DNA of 64,000 nucleotides from Candidatus Zixiibacteriota bacterium (GCA_026983835.1 JALSTH010000116.1:16362-80361); one strand, 5' to 3'; positions 38,866 to 49,136 are shown, counted from the first letter of the stretch. Numbers and translations: made by a program. Notes: generated by a model not told the origin, from the sequence alone.

Positions 38866-39365
38866 TATTCTTCAAGGCGGACTTTCACCAACCAAACATC
38901 CGTATAGCCAAGATCCCGTACCTGTCCCAAAAACCTTTCCCCTTCTTCCATAGTTTCGAAATCGCCGATTCTCACTTTATAATATGGGGCATCGAAATCC
39001 ATGTGGACAGTTTCCTCGAATTTAGTAGTAGCCTCATCTCTTACCCGCTCCGCCTCCTGCAAAAATCGGGAGGTGAATATCTGGACGCGATAAACGAATT
39101 TTACGGTATCGGCAGGCGATTCTATCGAATCGGATCTCAATTTATACCTATCCAATCCGGAGACAAGACTATCGCTCTCCGCCGATAAAGGGGAAGGGAC
39201 CACATCGCTATCCCCCTCGAATCCCATCGGATTAAACCCCTTCTCCGCTCGTGTTCGCTTATCCTTCTGTGAACCTTCCTCATAATAGGGCGATATCCCC
39301 GCACAGGATATAAACAAAAGAATTATCAGCGGGATAAATATATATGATGTTTTGGAGCGAATCAT
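38865..39365 (-). CDS. SPOR-domain lipoprotein
   Basis: ISC lipobox; YRVQI...APYYKVRIGDF...GY.D.W.V. Confidence 0.87.
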   Translation of the reverse strand: MIRSKTSYIFIPLIILLFISCAGISPYYEEGSQKDKRTRAEKGFNPMGFEGDSDVVPSPLSAESDSLVSGLDRYKLRSDSIESPADTVKFVYRVQIFTSRFLQEAERVRDEATTKFEETVHMDFDAPYYKVRIGDFETMEEGERFLGQVRDLGYTDVWLVKVRLEE

Positions 39366-39373
39366 TTCACCGC

Positions 39374-40462
39374 CTACAAATATTCCTTCAAATCCTCATT
39401 CTCGGAAATCCGCTTCACCAAATCCTTTATTTCCGAAGCCCTTGTTTTGTGGGCGACCATTACAATCCCGTTAGTTCTGACAATAATTAAATCCGAAACA
39501 CCAAAAGTCGTTATTATCCCATCCTCTTCATCGTTTACTACCGTGGTTTCAAATGTGTCGGTCAATAGTGCCCTTCCGACAGCGACATTGTTATGTTTAT
39601 CTTTCTCCTTGAACCTCTGCAACGCCAACCAAGAGCCTACATCATCCCAAATGAAATCGGATTTAATTGTTAAAACATTATCCGCCCTCTCCAAAATTGC
39701 GCAATCGATGGAAATGTTTTCCACCTTTTCATACAATTCTTTTTTCCGCTGTTTCTCGTCGGCTGATCCCAAATATTTCCTGTATTCATCGAGATGACTA
39801 TTAATGCCCGGAGCATACATTCCCATAGCTTTGAGGATAGCTTTTACCGTCCAAATAAATATACCTGAGTTCCATAAATGTCTTCGGTCATAATAATATT
39901 CCTGAGCTAAAACGCGGGATGGTTTCTCTTTGAATGTGTTTACACGATAGATATCTATTCCATCGACAGTGTTAAAAATATCGGCAACCTGAATATAACC
40001 GTAGCTGGTTTCGGCGCGGGTCGGGACAATTCCAATCGTTATCAGATAGTCGCCGGTTGTCGCTACTTTAATCGCCGCCTCCAAGGCGCGATTGAGTTTT
40101 TCCGCAGGGCGGATTAAATGGTCGCAGGACAGTGTAATCATCACCGCATCGGGGTCTATATCATAAATATAAGCGGCGGCATAACCTACCGCTATACAGG
40201 TATTTTTACCGAAAGGTTCAAACAAAATGTTTTTATCGGGGATTTCGGGTATTTGTTTTTTGATTTTCTCCCCGATGCCTTCCCCAGTTACAACAATTAT
40301 ATTTTCATAGGGGATAATCGGTAATATCCGTTCCACCGTTTCTTGGATCATAGACCTTTCTGAGGTCAAGCGGAGTAATTGTTTAGGCTGACTCGATCTG
40401 GAGAGAGGCCAAAACCTCTCTCCCTTCCCACCTGCCAACACCACCGCATAAACATTCTTCAT
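39374..40462 (-). CDS. manC: Mannose-1-phosphate guanylyltransferase
   Basis: LAGGKGERFWPLSR..PKQ, EPFGKNT, DH, YGYI, FKEKP, WNSGIF, WDDVGSW. Confidence 0.93.
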   Translation of the reverse strand: MKNVYAVVLAGGKGERFWPLSRSSQPKQLLRLTSERSMIQETVERILPIIPYENIIVVTGEGIGEKIKKQIPEIPDKNILFEPFGKNTCIAVGYAAAYIYDIDPDAVMITLSCDHLIRPAEKLNRALEAAIKVATTGDYLITIGIVPTRAETSYGYIQVADIFNTVDGIDIYRVNTFKEKPSRVLAQEYYYDRRHLWNSGIFIWTVKAILKAMGMYAPGINSHLDEYRKYLGSADEKQRKKELYEKVENISIDCAILERADNVLTIKSDFIWDDVGSWLALQRFKEKDKHNNVAVGRALLTDTFETTVVNDEEDGIITTFGVSDLIIVRTNGIVMVAHKTRASEIKDLVKRISENEDLKEYL

Positions 40463-40501
40463 ATAAAAACCTCCAAAATCATCATCAATCAGCAATTATT
40501 G

Positions 40502-40530
40502 AATTTATCACAGCTACTTAATTATGTCAA
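40502..40530 (-). promoter_or_regulatory. Sigma70-type promoter of the manC operon
   Basis: TTGACA-17-TAAATT with extended TGn. Confidence 0.7.
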
Positions 40531-40583
40531 GGGATTTGCCTTAAGCTATGTCTATCGCATAACCATATTTATACGCCCGAAAC

Positions 40584-41411
40584 CTATAAACATCCCAAAT
40601 AAATAGCTATTATTCCCAACGGCATTGCGATTTTCAATAACTGGGAAATCAAAGAAGCGTTAAATCGTTTTATAGATTCTATGCAATAGATAATGTAAAC
40701 AATCAATATGTCCAATCCCAAAATCGCCCATAAATATGTTTGATTGTAAAATCCCGCAAAATGGACAAGAACGGTAACCACAACAAATAAGACCAAAATC
40801 CATAAAACGATTCTTTTAGCATAATGCTTTCCCCTAATAATCGGCAATGTTTTCGCCCCCAATGCCTTATCCCCATCATAATCCTCAATATCCTTTACGA
40901 TCTCCCTGCCCAAATGTAGAATAAAAGCCATCACGGCAGCTGGAAAAACCTTTCGAAATTCGCCATAGATCGAGCCTCCATACACAAACGCCAAAGATGC
41001 CGTAAAAGCAACAATAATATTCCCGCTTATCGGGGTTCGCTTAAGGTATAGGTTGTAAAAGAGCATACAGGTAATTGCTATAATCCCGATTATGAATGTG
41101 CTTTTGCTCAATTGATAACTAATCGCCATTGCAATTAAGCCCAAAATAACCGCTTCGACTATGGCGGCTTTAACGGATATTATCCCGGAAGGTAGGGGAC
41201 GATTTGTCCGATTGATTTTATCGATCTCGATGTCCTTAATATCGTTAACCACATTGGCAAAACCCGCAAAGGCAAATCCGGCGGTCCCGGCAATTATTCC
41301 CGATAATTCATTATATCCCCCTCCGGCTATTAAATAGGATACCCAAACCGCTATTGAGGATATAATTCCATTTAATGGCCTCAATATTTTAACTGTTCCA
41401 TACAGCCTCAA
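40584..41411 (-). CDS. UbiA-family prenyltransferase, DGGGP-synthase-like
   Basis: RP.N N-terminus, NDIKDIEID..NR..RPLPSG, YN..LK, GN, REIVKDIEDYDGD, TLP; TTG start overlaps upstream TGA. Confidence 0.87.
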   Translation of the reverse strand: MRLYGTVKILRPLNGIISSIAVWVSYLIAGGGYNELSGIIAGTAGFAFAGFANVVNDIKDIEIDKINRTNRPLPSGIISVKAAIVEAVILGLIAMAISYQLSKSTFIIGIIAITCMLFYNLYLKRTPISGNIIVAFTASLAFVYGGSIYGEFRKVFPAAVMAFILHLGREIVKDIEDYDGDKALGAKTLPIIRGKHYAKRIVLWILVLFVVVTVLVHFAGFYNQTYLWAILGLDILIVYIIYCIESIKRFNASLISQLLKIAMPLGIIAIYLGCL

Positions 41412-43138
41412 AACCGATTCTCCAATCCAAAATAAAATTTGCCTTCGCCAAAGGAATTGCCTTTGCCCCAAGCGAACTCAACGGTAAATATCCCCAAGGG
41501 CGTCATCGATGCCGCCCCCATCCCAAATCCCGTGAGGATAGCGTTTTGGGATTTGTTCTCTTTATCCCTGAAATAGTAATAACCATTATCCGAAAATACA
41601 AATATCCTCCCATCCCGTCCAGATAAAAGCCGATACTCGCTACGAATATACGCAATTAACGCCCCATAATAACGACCCTCGAGATACCCTCTAACGGTTC
41701 CCCTACCACCTATAGGAAATCTCTCCGAAATAGGCAAATAAATATCCGTTTTATTCAGCCCAGCCACCTTTCCTGAGAAATGGAGGATCGAGTTCGCGGA
41801 TATTCTGAAAATCCTTACTGTTGATATTTCCGCAGATGTCTTTTTCGACTGCGATTCGGGGGGGATATAATCGCCGGTTCGATAATAATTCTTTTTTAGA
41901 TATTTAACCGCAATATCAAAAGAATATCCCCGCCGCGGATTGGGCGGATAATCGGAATAATCGCCGATAACCGCTACACCAACCGAAGTTCCCGTAAAAT
42001 GTTCCTCCGGATAAAGCCCTCTTTTACCGGGCGTAGTCCTTTGGGTAGCTAATTTGGCTTCTAATGCGGTGTACGCCCCCAGCCTATAAGAGATATCGAT
42101 TCCACCGGATATTTTTATATAAGTGCTATCACGGTCTATTTGCTCGGCAGATAAGGTCCAATAAAACGGCAAACCCAAAAAATACGGCTCGGTATAACTG
42201 AAGCGGATTTCCTTTGATTCCGGGTCTGTCGTGGCGTAGTATAAATTGCTTTTTCTCCCGGTGCCTAAAATATTATTCAGGGTTATATCCAAAACCCCGC
42301 TTATGTATCCTTTCCGCGTCCGCGTGGAAGGGACATACCCGAAAACCCCGCCGACAGTCGAACTTTTTCGTTCCCTTATATTAAACACAACAATCCCTTT
42401 CGACAATTCCCGCCCATAAAATAATTTTGGCTCTCCGATAATAGATACAAACCCAAGCCGATTAATCCTCTCCGCTGATAATCTCAAAGAGCCAAGCATA
42501 AAGACATCGCCTTTATGCAATTGTATTTCCCGACGGATAACATAATCGTGGGTTACCTTATTCCCAAGAATAATTACGCTATCTGTATAAACTCGGGGAC
42601 CTTCGTTAATATTGATAGTTAAATCGACAAGCCCATTACTGTCAACAATGGCAAAATCGCTAACATTTACGCTGGTATAGGGATATCCTCTTTCTCCGTA
42701 ATAATGAAGTATCCTTTGAAGGTATTCGTTGAGATTATCATCATCAGCCCTTTTTCCTTTAAGCTCGCCAATATAATCACCTAATTCGTTCTCAGAAATC
42801 GAATTTAAACCTGTCAACGAAGTTTCCCCAAAATAAAACAAATTCCCTTTTTCAATGCGGAAAACAACAGTATCGGGGAAAAACCCGATATCGGATGTAT
42901 CGGCACGAACACGACAATCGAAGTATCCCGCGGATTGATAAGCTGTTTTTATCCCTTCGATAATCGCTTTGATTGAGTCCCGATCTGTTTGCGGTTTTTC
43001 GAGATCGATCGATTTTTTAATTTCATAAACCGAGACGGCTTTATCTCCTTCGAGCTTATACTCAAATGACAAGGCAGATACCGTCAAGAGCGAAATTGCC
43101 AACAATGTGAAACTGAATATCCTACGGTATTTGTTCAT
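41408..43138 (-). CDS. Omp85 (BamA/TamA-like) outer-membrane protein with POTRA domains
   Basis: Signal peptide, POTRA motifs (Y.SAGYF, Y.ERGYP, GN.VT...IRRE), NILGTGR, GG..TVRGY, terminal F. Confidence 0.88.
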   Translation of the reverse strand: MNKYRRIFSFTLLAISLLTVSALSFEYKLEGDKAVSVYEIKKSIDLEKPQTDRDSIKAIIEGIKTAYQSAGYFDCRVRADTSDIGFFPDTVVFRIEKGNLFYFGETSLTGLNSISENELGDYIGELKGKRADDDNLNEYLQRILHYYGERGYPYTSVNVSDFAIVDSNGLVDLTININEGPRVYTDSVIILGNKVTHDYVIRREIQLHKGDVFMLGSLRLSAERINRLGFVSIIGEPKLFYGRELSKGIVVFNIRERKSSTVGGVFGYVPSTRTRKGYISGVLDITLNNILGTGRKSNLYYATTDPESKEIRFSYTEPYFLGLPFYWTLSAEQIDRDSTYIKISGGIDISYRLGAYTALEAKLATQRTTPGKRGLYPEEHFTGTSVGVAVIGDYSDYPPNPRRGYSFDIAVKYLKKNYYRTGDYIPPESQSKKTSAEISTVRIFRISANSILHFSGKVAGLNKTDIYLPISERFPIGGRGTVRGYLEGRYYGALIAYIRSEYRLLSGRDGRIFVFSDNGYYYFRDKENKSQNAILTGFGMGAASMTPLGIFTVEFAWGKGNSFGEGKFYFGLENRF

Positions 43139-43139
43139 A

Positions 43140-46100
43140 TTAAAAATTATATTTAATCTCCGCCCTAACAAAATTACGGGGGCTCTCTCCGGAACGCTTG
43201 ATAAGATTATATGATATTTCCCCGAAACTATTTGCGCTGATTTTGAAAGTCCCTTTAGAAGTCAAACGATAATTGCTCCCCTTACGATTCCCCTCGGCGA
43301 TTCGATAGTTGAAATAATCCATTTTCGCAGAATGCGCATAAACATACTCTCCATTGAAATCCAAACGGCTCTTGTGGGTGGCATTCCATCTGAGATGAGG
43401 AGAGAGGGAATAAAGTTGAACCGAAAAATCGGTGATATGCTCCTTGTCATTGCGGAATTTCACCCCCATTCCGACCTCAGACGCACTTGTCGGCAAATGA
43501 GTAACATCGACGAGGATATCGAAAGAATCTATTCTCAATACCGATGTTCCGCTAACTACTCTATGTTCACGGGACAACTCGGTTTTCAAGGCGGTCGTCC
43601 TGCGAAGCGGATATTTAATCCTGATACCCCCCGAACGCAAATCATCAGCTTCGCCGATAAAAGTCCCTCCCGCAGAAACATTCACCTTTTGTCGATAACG
43701 GAACCGTATTTCCCGCCTGCGGTTTTTCAGCGATGGGAATAAATAAATATCCTGAACGAAACTTAATTGCTCATTAACAAGCGCCGATTTATCCGTCTTC
43801 CTCCAAGGGTTTATAATATCCAATAACCTTAAACCGCTTTCTTTGGTTTGTTGATTGGAGTCGATGGTTGTTTCCAATTTAATTTTATTAAAGGACGATT
43901 GAGATGTTTTCATCGAGCGCCCATCAAATCTAATATGGACGCTGTTGTCTATTTCCGAAACCGGCACATACTCCCCCGCATCCTCAACAATCCGCACATA
44001 ATCGCCGAACGGATCGGGGATATATTCCCCATTTTCATAACGGTATTCCCCCTTGCCTTCATCCACCTTTACATAATGTTCCACCTTCAGCGCGGATCTG
44101 GTGCGATTGTATTTGTGAATATAATCGATATCAAACGGACCGTTGTTATATGAACCTGTCAAATAGGACAGATGCTGGCGATTATCGGTCCCTGAGATTT
44201 CCTTATAAAACTTATGCCGAAAAACATATTCATAGTTCAGTTTCAACCCCTCGGGGATATCGGAAAAGGAAACATATTCCCTCAAGGTAATAGCATCATC
44301 GCGACGCATCCAACGAGTATCGAAAATATCGTCCCTCTGTAGGCTATAGCTTATCTTGTTGCTGATCCTCGAATAAGGCTTCACGGTTAAACCAGCCTCA
44401 TAGATATTGTATCTTTCGCCGTTTAATATCGAATATCCCTTATATCCCGCCTTATAGCGATATTTATACGAGAATGAAGGAATAACAACTTTTCCATCAA
44501 TTTCCAATTCGGAATAAGATTCGCTTAATTTGTTTATATCGCTCGTATCGGTCTGCGCCGCATCGGTTCCCGCAGAATATTCGGCATTATTTGTATCACC
44601 ACGATAATTAATATTGAACGGCAATTTCAATTCCGTTCCGGCCGACCACCTCTGAGAAAATCCCTGCGATGTCCTCGAAAGTCTTCCACCTTCAAATCGG
44701 AAATTATATTTAGAGAATAAATCGAATACCGCCTTGGCTTCCCCCATATCCTCGACGGCGGAGGTATAATCAATCGGCAGGTTCCATTTATTGTAATAAT
44801 CAGGCCCTCTGAATTCCGCAAACGGCTTGAAGTATTTCCCCGTATGCCTGAAATCACCCCCCAATGAAAAATCAAGCGGCGAATGAGAATCCTTTGATTT
44901 AGAGGTATATATACCCTTTAGGGTAATACCCGGATCATCATAAACCGCATCCCCACCCAAAAAGAGATTGCGATTATCGCGGCTATAGGCGGTCTCCATA
45001 CTAAATGATAGTTTCTCCGATGGATTAAACTTTCCATCAATCGAATACAAATAATGCGATTTTGGAATAGGAAGCCTGATAAGGGGAGCATATTCCCCTA
45101 ATCCGACACCTACGAATTTGTATATACCTCGACCTTCGTAAATATAATCCCCTTTACCCACACCCACATTGGAGAAGACGACTTTGTATTCGCCGGAATC
45201 CGGACCCACATAAGTATAGTAAATATATCCCGTCGAGTCGGAAAGACGGTTATATTCTCCATTGTCGGCTCCAACATCTTCCACCCCCGATTTATAAGCA
45301 TACTCGGAAGCGCCCGAGTTCTTTATCAATTCGATGTCATCGGGGGATAGTTCTACATTTAAGGGATTGCTTTTATCATCTGTCTCGCCGATGACAGTTG
45401 TCCCGAAGGAAATTTTATCACCGCCGATTTCTCGTTGTAATCTGGAGGAATAAAAATTACGCGAATAATCGATATCGGCATATTCGTACTCCACTTCTAT
45501 ACGGGAGTCCGAAGTAATTAGCCTTTTGGGAGTAAAAATGAGGTATGCGTTGGAATAATCAATGGTGTAATCGTTGTCCGAACCCCTCATTAACTTCTCT
45601 CCATCGATATAAACCCTTTCGGTACCGGGCAAAACGGAAATACCTCCGGAACCGGCGGCATCGGTTAGGAAATACGGGCCTTGATCGCCTTCTCTACCCT
45701 CGAATTTATCGATTGTAAATCTCCCCGAAGATGATGCTCCCGAAAACATCACCCGATTTATGTCATCGTCGTAGGCAACCGTAACCCCTTTCAACTTTTT
45801 GTTGTACTTCGCCAATTCCAAATCATCGAAATCTATATAAAAATCACCTAATGTAGCCGTAAGATTTTTTGTGGCGATGCTCACAAAGAATTTATCCAAT
45901 TCCTCGATCGTTCCGCTCGAACCACCGGAAGTCAACGGAGTTCCTTTGTCCGACACATAAGCGGTCGCCTCAACTCCGTTTGTAATCGCACCCCTAATCG
46001 ATAAGTCAAGCGATTGAGAAATATCGGGTGTTATCCCGTTCCCGAATTCGAAGGATAACGATTTACTGCCGCCTATTTTAAGCCCGGGTTGGATAAAAAC

Positions 46101-46505
46101 CCCTTTTTGCTTTTCCGATAAGGAAACATTCGGAAGTGTGTCTGCCGAAAAACTCCGCATTAGATCAATCGGAGTCGGTTTATATAAATGATATGGATTC
46201 TCGGTTCTGAAATATATCGGGATAAAGGTGATTACAACTTTGGAATTATCATCTATCGGAGACGAAAAAAAGATATATCCCTTGTCGTAATCGATTTTAT
46301 AATCATTTGCCCGCTCACGCAAATTTCCATTTACCCAAACTGAATCGCTATGAAAAGCTGTTGGGCGAGACGAGAATAAATAAGGACCTTTGGTGCCGTT
46401 TCCCAAAAACACCATTTCCCTTCTTGAAGCGGCAAATGTAGAGATATTCGATATGGAAAGGAGTATAATCAGAATAATGAAGTTTTTTTTAAGTGTAATC
46501 GGCAA
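43140..46505 (-). CDS. Very large outer-membrane beta-barrel protein, SprA-like motifs
   Basis: Signal peptide; two 'V..G..L.R..DY.IDY..G' segments resembling a SprA/Sov motif; long run of amphipathic strands; ends in YNF. Confidence 0.65.
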   Translation of the reverse strand: MPITLKKNFIILIILLSISNISTFAASRREMVFLGNGTKGPYLFSSRPTAFHSDSVWVNGNLRERANDYKIDYDKGYIFFSSPIDDNSKVVITFIPIYFRTENPYHLYKPTPIDLMRSFSADTLPNVSLSEKQKGVFIQPGLKIGGSKSLSFEFGNGITPDISQSLDLSIRGAITNGVEATAYVSDKGTPLTSGGSSGTIEELDKFFVSIATKNLTATLGDFYIDFDDLELAKYNKKLKGVTVAYDDDINRVMFSGASSSGRFTIDKFEGREGDQGPYFLTDAAGSGGISVLPGTERVYIDGEKLMRGSDNDYTIDYSNAYLIFTPKRLITSDSRIEVEYEYADIDYSRNFYSSRLQREIGGDKISFGTTVIGETDDKSNPLNVELSPDDIELIKNSGASEYAYKSGVEDVGADNGEYNRLSDSTGYIYYTYVGPDSGEYKVVFSNVGVGKGDYIYEGRGIYKFVGVGLGEYAPLIRLPIPKSHYLYSIDGKFNPSEKLSFSMETAYSRDNRNLFLGGDAVYDDPGITLKGIYTSKSKDSHSPLDFSLGGDFRHTGKYFKPFAEFRGPDYYNKWNLPIDYTSAVEDMGEAKAVFDLFSKYNFRFEGGRLSRTSQGFSQRWSAGTELKLPFNINYRGDTNNAEYSAGTDAAQTDTSDINKLSESYSELEIDGKVVIPSFSYKYRYKAGYKGYSILNGERYNIYEAGLTVKPYSRISNKISYSLQRDDIFDTRWMRRDDAITLREYVSFSDIPEGLKLNYEYVFRHKFYKEISGTDNRQHLSYLTGSYNNGPFDIDYIHKYNRTRSALKVEHYVKVDEGKGEYRYENGEYIPDPFGDYVRIVEDAGEYVPVSEIDNSVHIRFDGRSMKTSQSSFNKIKLETTIDSNQQTKESGLRLLDIINPWRKTDKSALVNEQLSFVQDIYLFPSLKNRRREIRFRYRQKVNVSAGGTFIGEADDLRSGGIRIKYPLRRTTALKTELSREHRVVSGTSVLRIDSFDILVDVTHLPTSASEVGMGVKFRNDKEHITDFSVQLYSLSPHLRWNATHKSRLDFNGEYVYAHSAKMDYFNYRIAEGNRKGSNYRLTSKGTFKISANSFGEISYNLIKRSGESPRNFVRAEIKYNF

Positions 46506-46522
46506 CTAATTATCACCGGTTT

Positions 46523-47482
46523 TTATCTCGAAATACTTAAAATGACAATTCGGTTTAATTTCTCATCAGCGATATATAATTCGCCGGCAGGAGAAAAAGC
46601 CATTCCCATCGGGTTCCCGAACACAATACCCGAAGAAGCCGATTCCATAAGGAATTCTCCATATTGCGAGAATATCAAAATCGACCTAAGTGTTTTATCG
46701 GAGACATAGATATAACCAAATCTATCCCGTGCAATATCGATGGGACCCTTCAATTGAGCATCACCGATGCTTCCCAAGTATTCCCCTAAATTATTGTAAA
46801 TCGCCACCCTTCCATTTTCCGAATCGGCAATGTAAATTTTATCGGAAGGATCGGTAATTATCCCCCGTGGCGAGGAAAGCTCCCCATTACCATATCCAAA
46901 TCCCCCGACTTCCTGTTGCAATTTATAAAAACCATCCAGCACCAAAACCCGGTTATCATCTCCATCGCTCAGAAAAATATATCCGGAGGATGATACATAT
47001 ATCCCCATAGGTTTTCCTACATCAGCGGTGGATCCATCCTCGGTGGTATATTGATAAAACCAATCGATGAAATTGAGACTCCTGTCGAATCGCTTTACCT
47101 TTCGCTGTTGATTGTCCGCCACCAACAATGTCAACCCATGATCGAAAGCGATAGCTATCGGAGAAGAAAGCTGTTCTTCGCCGAGACCGCCCCCTCCCGT
47201 CTCGCGAAGGAATCCCGAATTTTTATCTAAACTAACTATACGGTCATTACCGTTATCACAAATGAACAAACGCCCGCCGGCGCTAAAAGATATATCAACG
47301 GGAGAATCCAAGTTTCGGGTTCCATCGATGGCAGGTCCGATATATTTTACTAACTTAAAACCTACGGGAGGTCTATCATCAATTTTGCTTAACGATTTAT
47401 AATCGCTCCCCGCCGGGCAGGAGATAAGGGTTATTCCAACGAGCGTTAAATATAATAAAAAGAATTTCGGTGAAATACTCAC
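46523..47482 (-). CDS. NHL-repeat beta-propeller protein (possible lipoprotein)
   Basis: About six P..I..D..G.IY.AD..N.R repeats; N-terminal hydrophobic stretch ending LISC. Confidence 0.88.
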   Translation of the reverse strand: MSISPKFFLLYLTLVGITLISCPAGSDYKSLSKIDDRPPVGFKLVKYIGPAIDGTRNLDSPVDISFSAGGRLFICDNGNDRIVSLDKNSGFLRETGGGGLGEEQLSSPIAIAFDHGLTLLVADNQQRKVKRFDRSLNFIDWFYQYTTEDGSTADVGKPMGIYVSSSGYIFLSDGDDNRVLVLDGFYKLQQEVGGFGYGNGELSSPRGIITDPSDKIYIADSENGRVAIYNNLGEYLGSIGDAQLKGPIDIARDRFGYIYVSDKTLRSILIFSQYGEFLMESASSGIVFGNPMGMAFSPAGELYIADEKLNRIVILSISR

Positions 47483-47491
47483 TCGAAGTGA

Positions 47492-48262
47492 CTAATTTAT
47501 GGTTTTAACTAATTTAACGGATGCCCTCGGGTTAGAGCCGAAGGGGGAGGCATTGTAATCAAACCTCCACCCTCCGAAAATCTCGAAATTCTCGGCTTTA
47601 TTTAATTTTTTCGCCAACCTCAAAGCATCAACAAAGCTAACTACACGGTTTAACACCGAAACACCTATCATAAAGGTAGCGTTTCTGAAGGCAGATTTGG
47701 AATTATTCCGTATTTCCCGATATTTCATTCTCGAGACCTGACTGTCCCACTGCCAATAATAAAAATCGGTATAAGGATATGCTTCGCCATACCGAAGCCC
47801 TTCTATTTCATTATACCAATCCCTGCTCTCGTAAAATTGCATCCTATCGAAAAATTTACTATCCTTACCGCTGATATTTGCGTCCGCGTGTTCTGCCGCA
47901 TAGCTTTTATAATCATCCTCCAGCCAACCGCCATAAGTATGGAATGCCAAATAACCACTCCATATCACCGCCTCGGCGCCAAGGAAAACCGCCGCTTTGG
48001 ATTTGTTCCCCAAATAATACTCCCCGGCTCCCGGAAGCATCAAGGACAGAAATCCAGCTTTTAGTCCGGATTTTTTCCCGCTTTTTTCCGCAGGTTTAGA
48101 CCAATTGAAATCAATGCCCGTGTCACCATCGCTTTTTGCGGAGTTTATCTCCGATGCCATCATAGAGCTTACCGAGGTATTTTCCTCCCCATAGGCTACG
48201 CCCAACACAAGCGTCGTAATTAGAAAGAATGCCGCTAAAGGCAATAAAAGTTTCATTCTCAT
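47492..48262 (-). CDS. DUF5683-like secreted/membrane protein
   Basis: Signal peptide, SLMLPGAGEYY, YA..HA, NRVVSFVDA. Confidence 0.72.
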   Translation of the reverse strand: MRMKLLLPLAAFFLITTLVLGVAYGEENTSVSSMMASEINSAKSDGDTGIDFNWSKPAEKSGKKSGLKAGFLSLMLPGAGEYYLGNKSKAAVFLGAEAVIWSGYLAFHTYGGWLEDDYKSYAAEHADANISGKDSKFFDRMQFYESRDWYNEIEGLRYGEAYPYTDFYYWQWDSQVSRMKYREIRNNSKSAFRNATFMIGVSVLNRVVSFVDALRLAKKLNKAENFEIFGGWRFDYNASPFGSNPRASVKLVKTIN

Positions 48263-48264
48263 AA

Positions 48265-49083
48265 TCAGAATTTCTTATAGAAAGTTAATTGTGCAAGGAC
48301 TTGATTATCCATTATCCTCGGAACCATTCGAACACGAACATCGCTCCACAAATTACCTCCTCCTTTTTTATAATGTGATTTTGCCGTAAAAGCCGCATCA
48401 AATGCGGATACCACATGGTTGACCATCGCAACTACCATAAAAGCCCGCGCCGTATCGAATTGATCGTTTGCCTGTTTCCGCAAGTCGAGATAATGAGAAC
48501 GGTGAGGCGTAATCGAATCCCCCGGGGAATAATCATCCCACCCCACAACGAATTGGGTATATTTCCCGATATTTTCGTAGTACTCATAATTATTGGTCGG
48601 CGGGAGTCTATGCGAATAACTCGCCTGCGTTGTCGAATCCAAGGTATTCCACCATAAATCATAATTATCACGGATATAATGAGCATCGGCGTAAGCCCGG
48701 TATGTCCTCTCCCCGTCTTTGCCCTTATTGTGATATATTATATGCCCGCTCCATAAGGCGACATCGGCCCCAAAAAATACGAAAGGCTTAATTCTTGAAC
48801 CAGCATAATATTCGCCCAAACCGGGCACAGCCAACGACAGAAAAAATGCCTTAACCGTGGATTTCTTCTCATATGCGAATAAATCCGCACTTTTGGATGA
48901 GTTGGATTGTAATTCTGAAGAACTGCCATTATAAGCCAAAAACTTGGATTGGGTGGAGATATTATCGAAATATTCGGTGATTTGCCCTTTTTGAATATCC
49001 GTTGACCCAATCGCCGATTGACTAATAAGGAAAATTAGTATTATAACGATCCCGGAAAGGGATAATTTAATCGGAAACTTCAT
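48265..49083 (-). CDS. DUF5683-like secreted/membrane protein (paralogue)
   Basis: Signal peptide, SLAVPGLGEYY, YADAH, YYENIGKY.QF..GW, NHVVSAFDA, terminal F. Confidence 0.72.
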   Translation of the reverse strand: MKFPIKLSLSGIVIILIFLISQSAIGSTDIQKGQITEYFDNISTQSKFLAYNGSSSELQSNSSKSADLFAYEKKSTVKAFFLSLAVPGLGEYYAGSRIKPFVFFGADVALWSGHIIYHNKGKDGERTYRAYADAHYIRDNYDLWWNTLDSTTQASYSHRLPPTNNYEYYENIGKYTQFVVGWDDYSPGDSITPHRSHYLDLRKQANDQFDTARAFMVVAMVNHVVSAFDAAFTAKSHYKKGGGNLWSDVRVRMVPRIMDNQVLAQLTFYKKF

Positions 49084-49136
49084 AACAACCTCCTAAAAAG
49101 GGAATAAAATATTTTCAAAGCCGTTCTATGTCCCCA

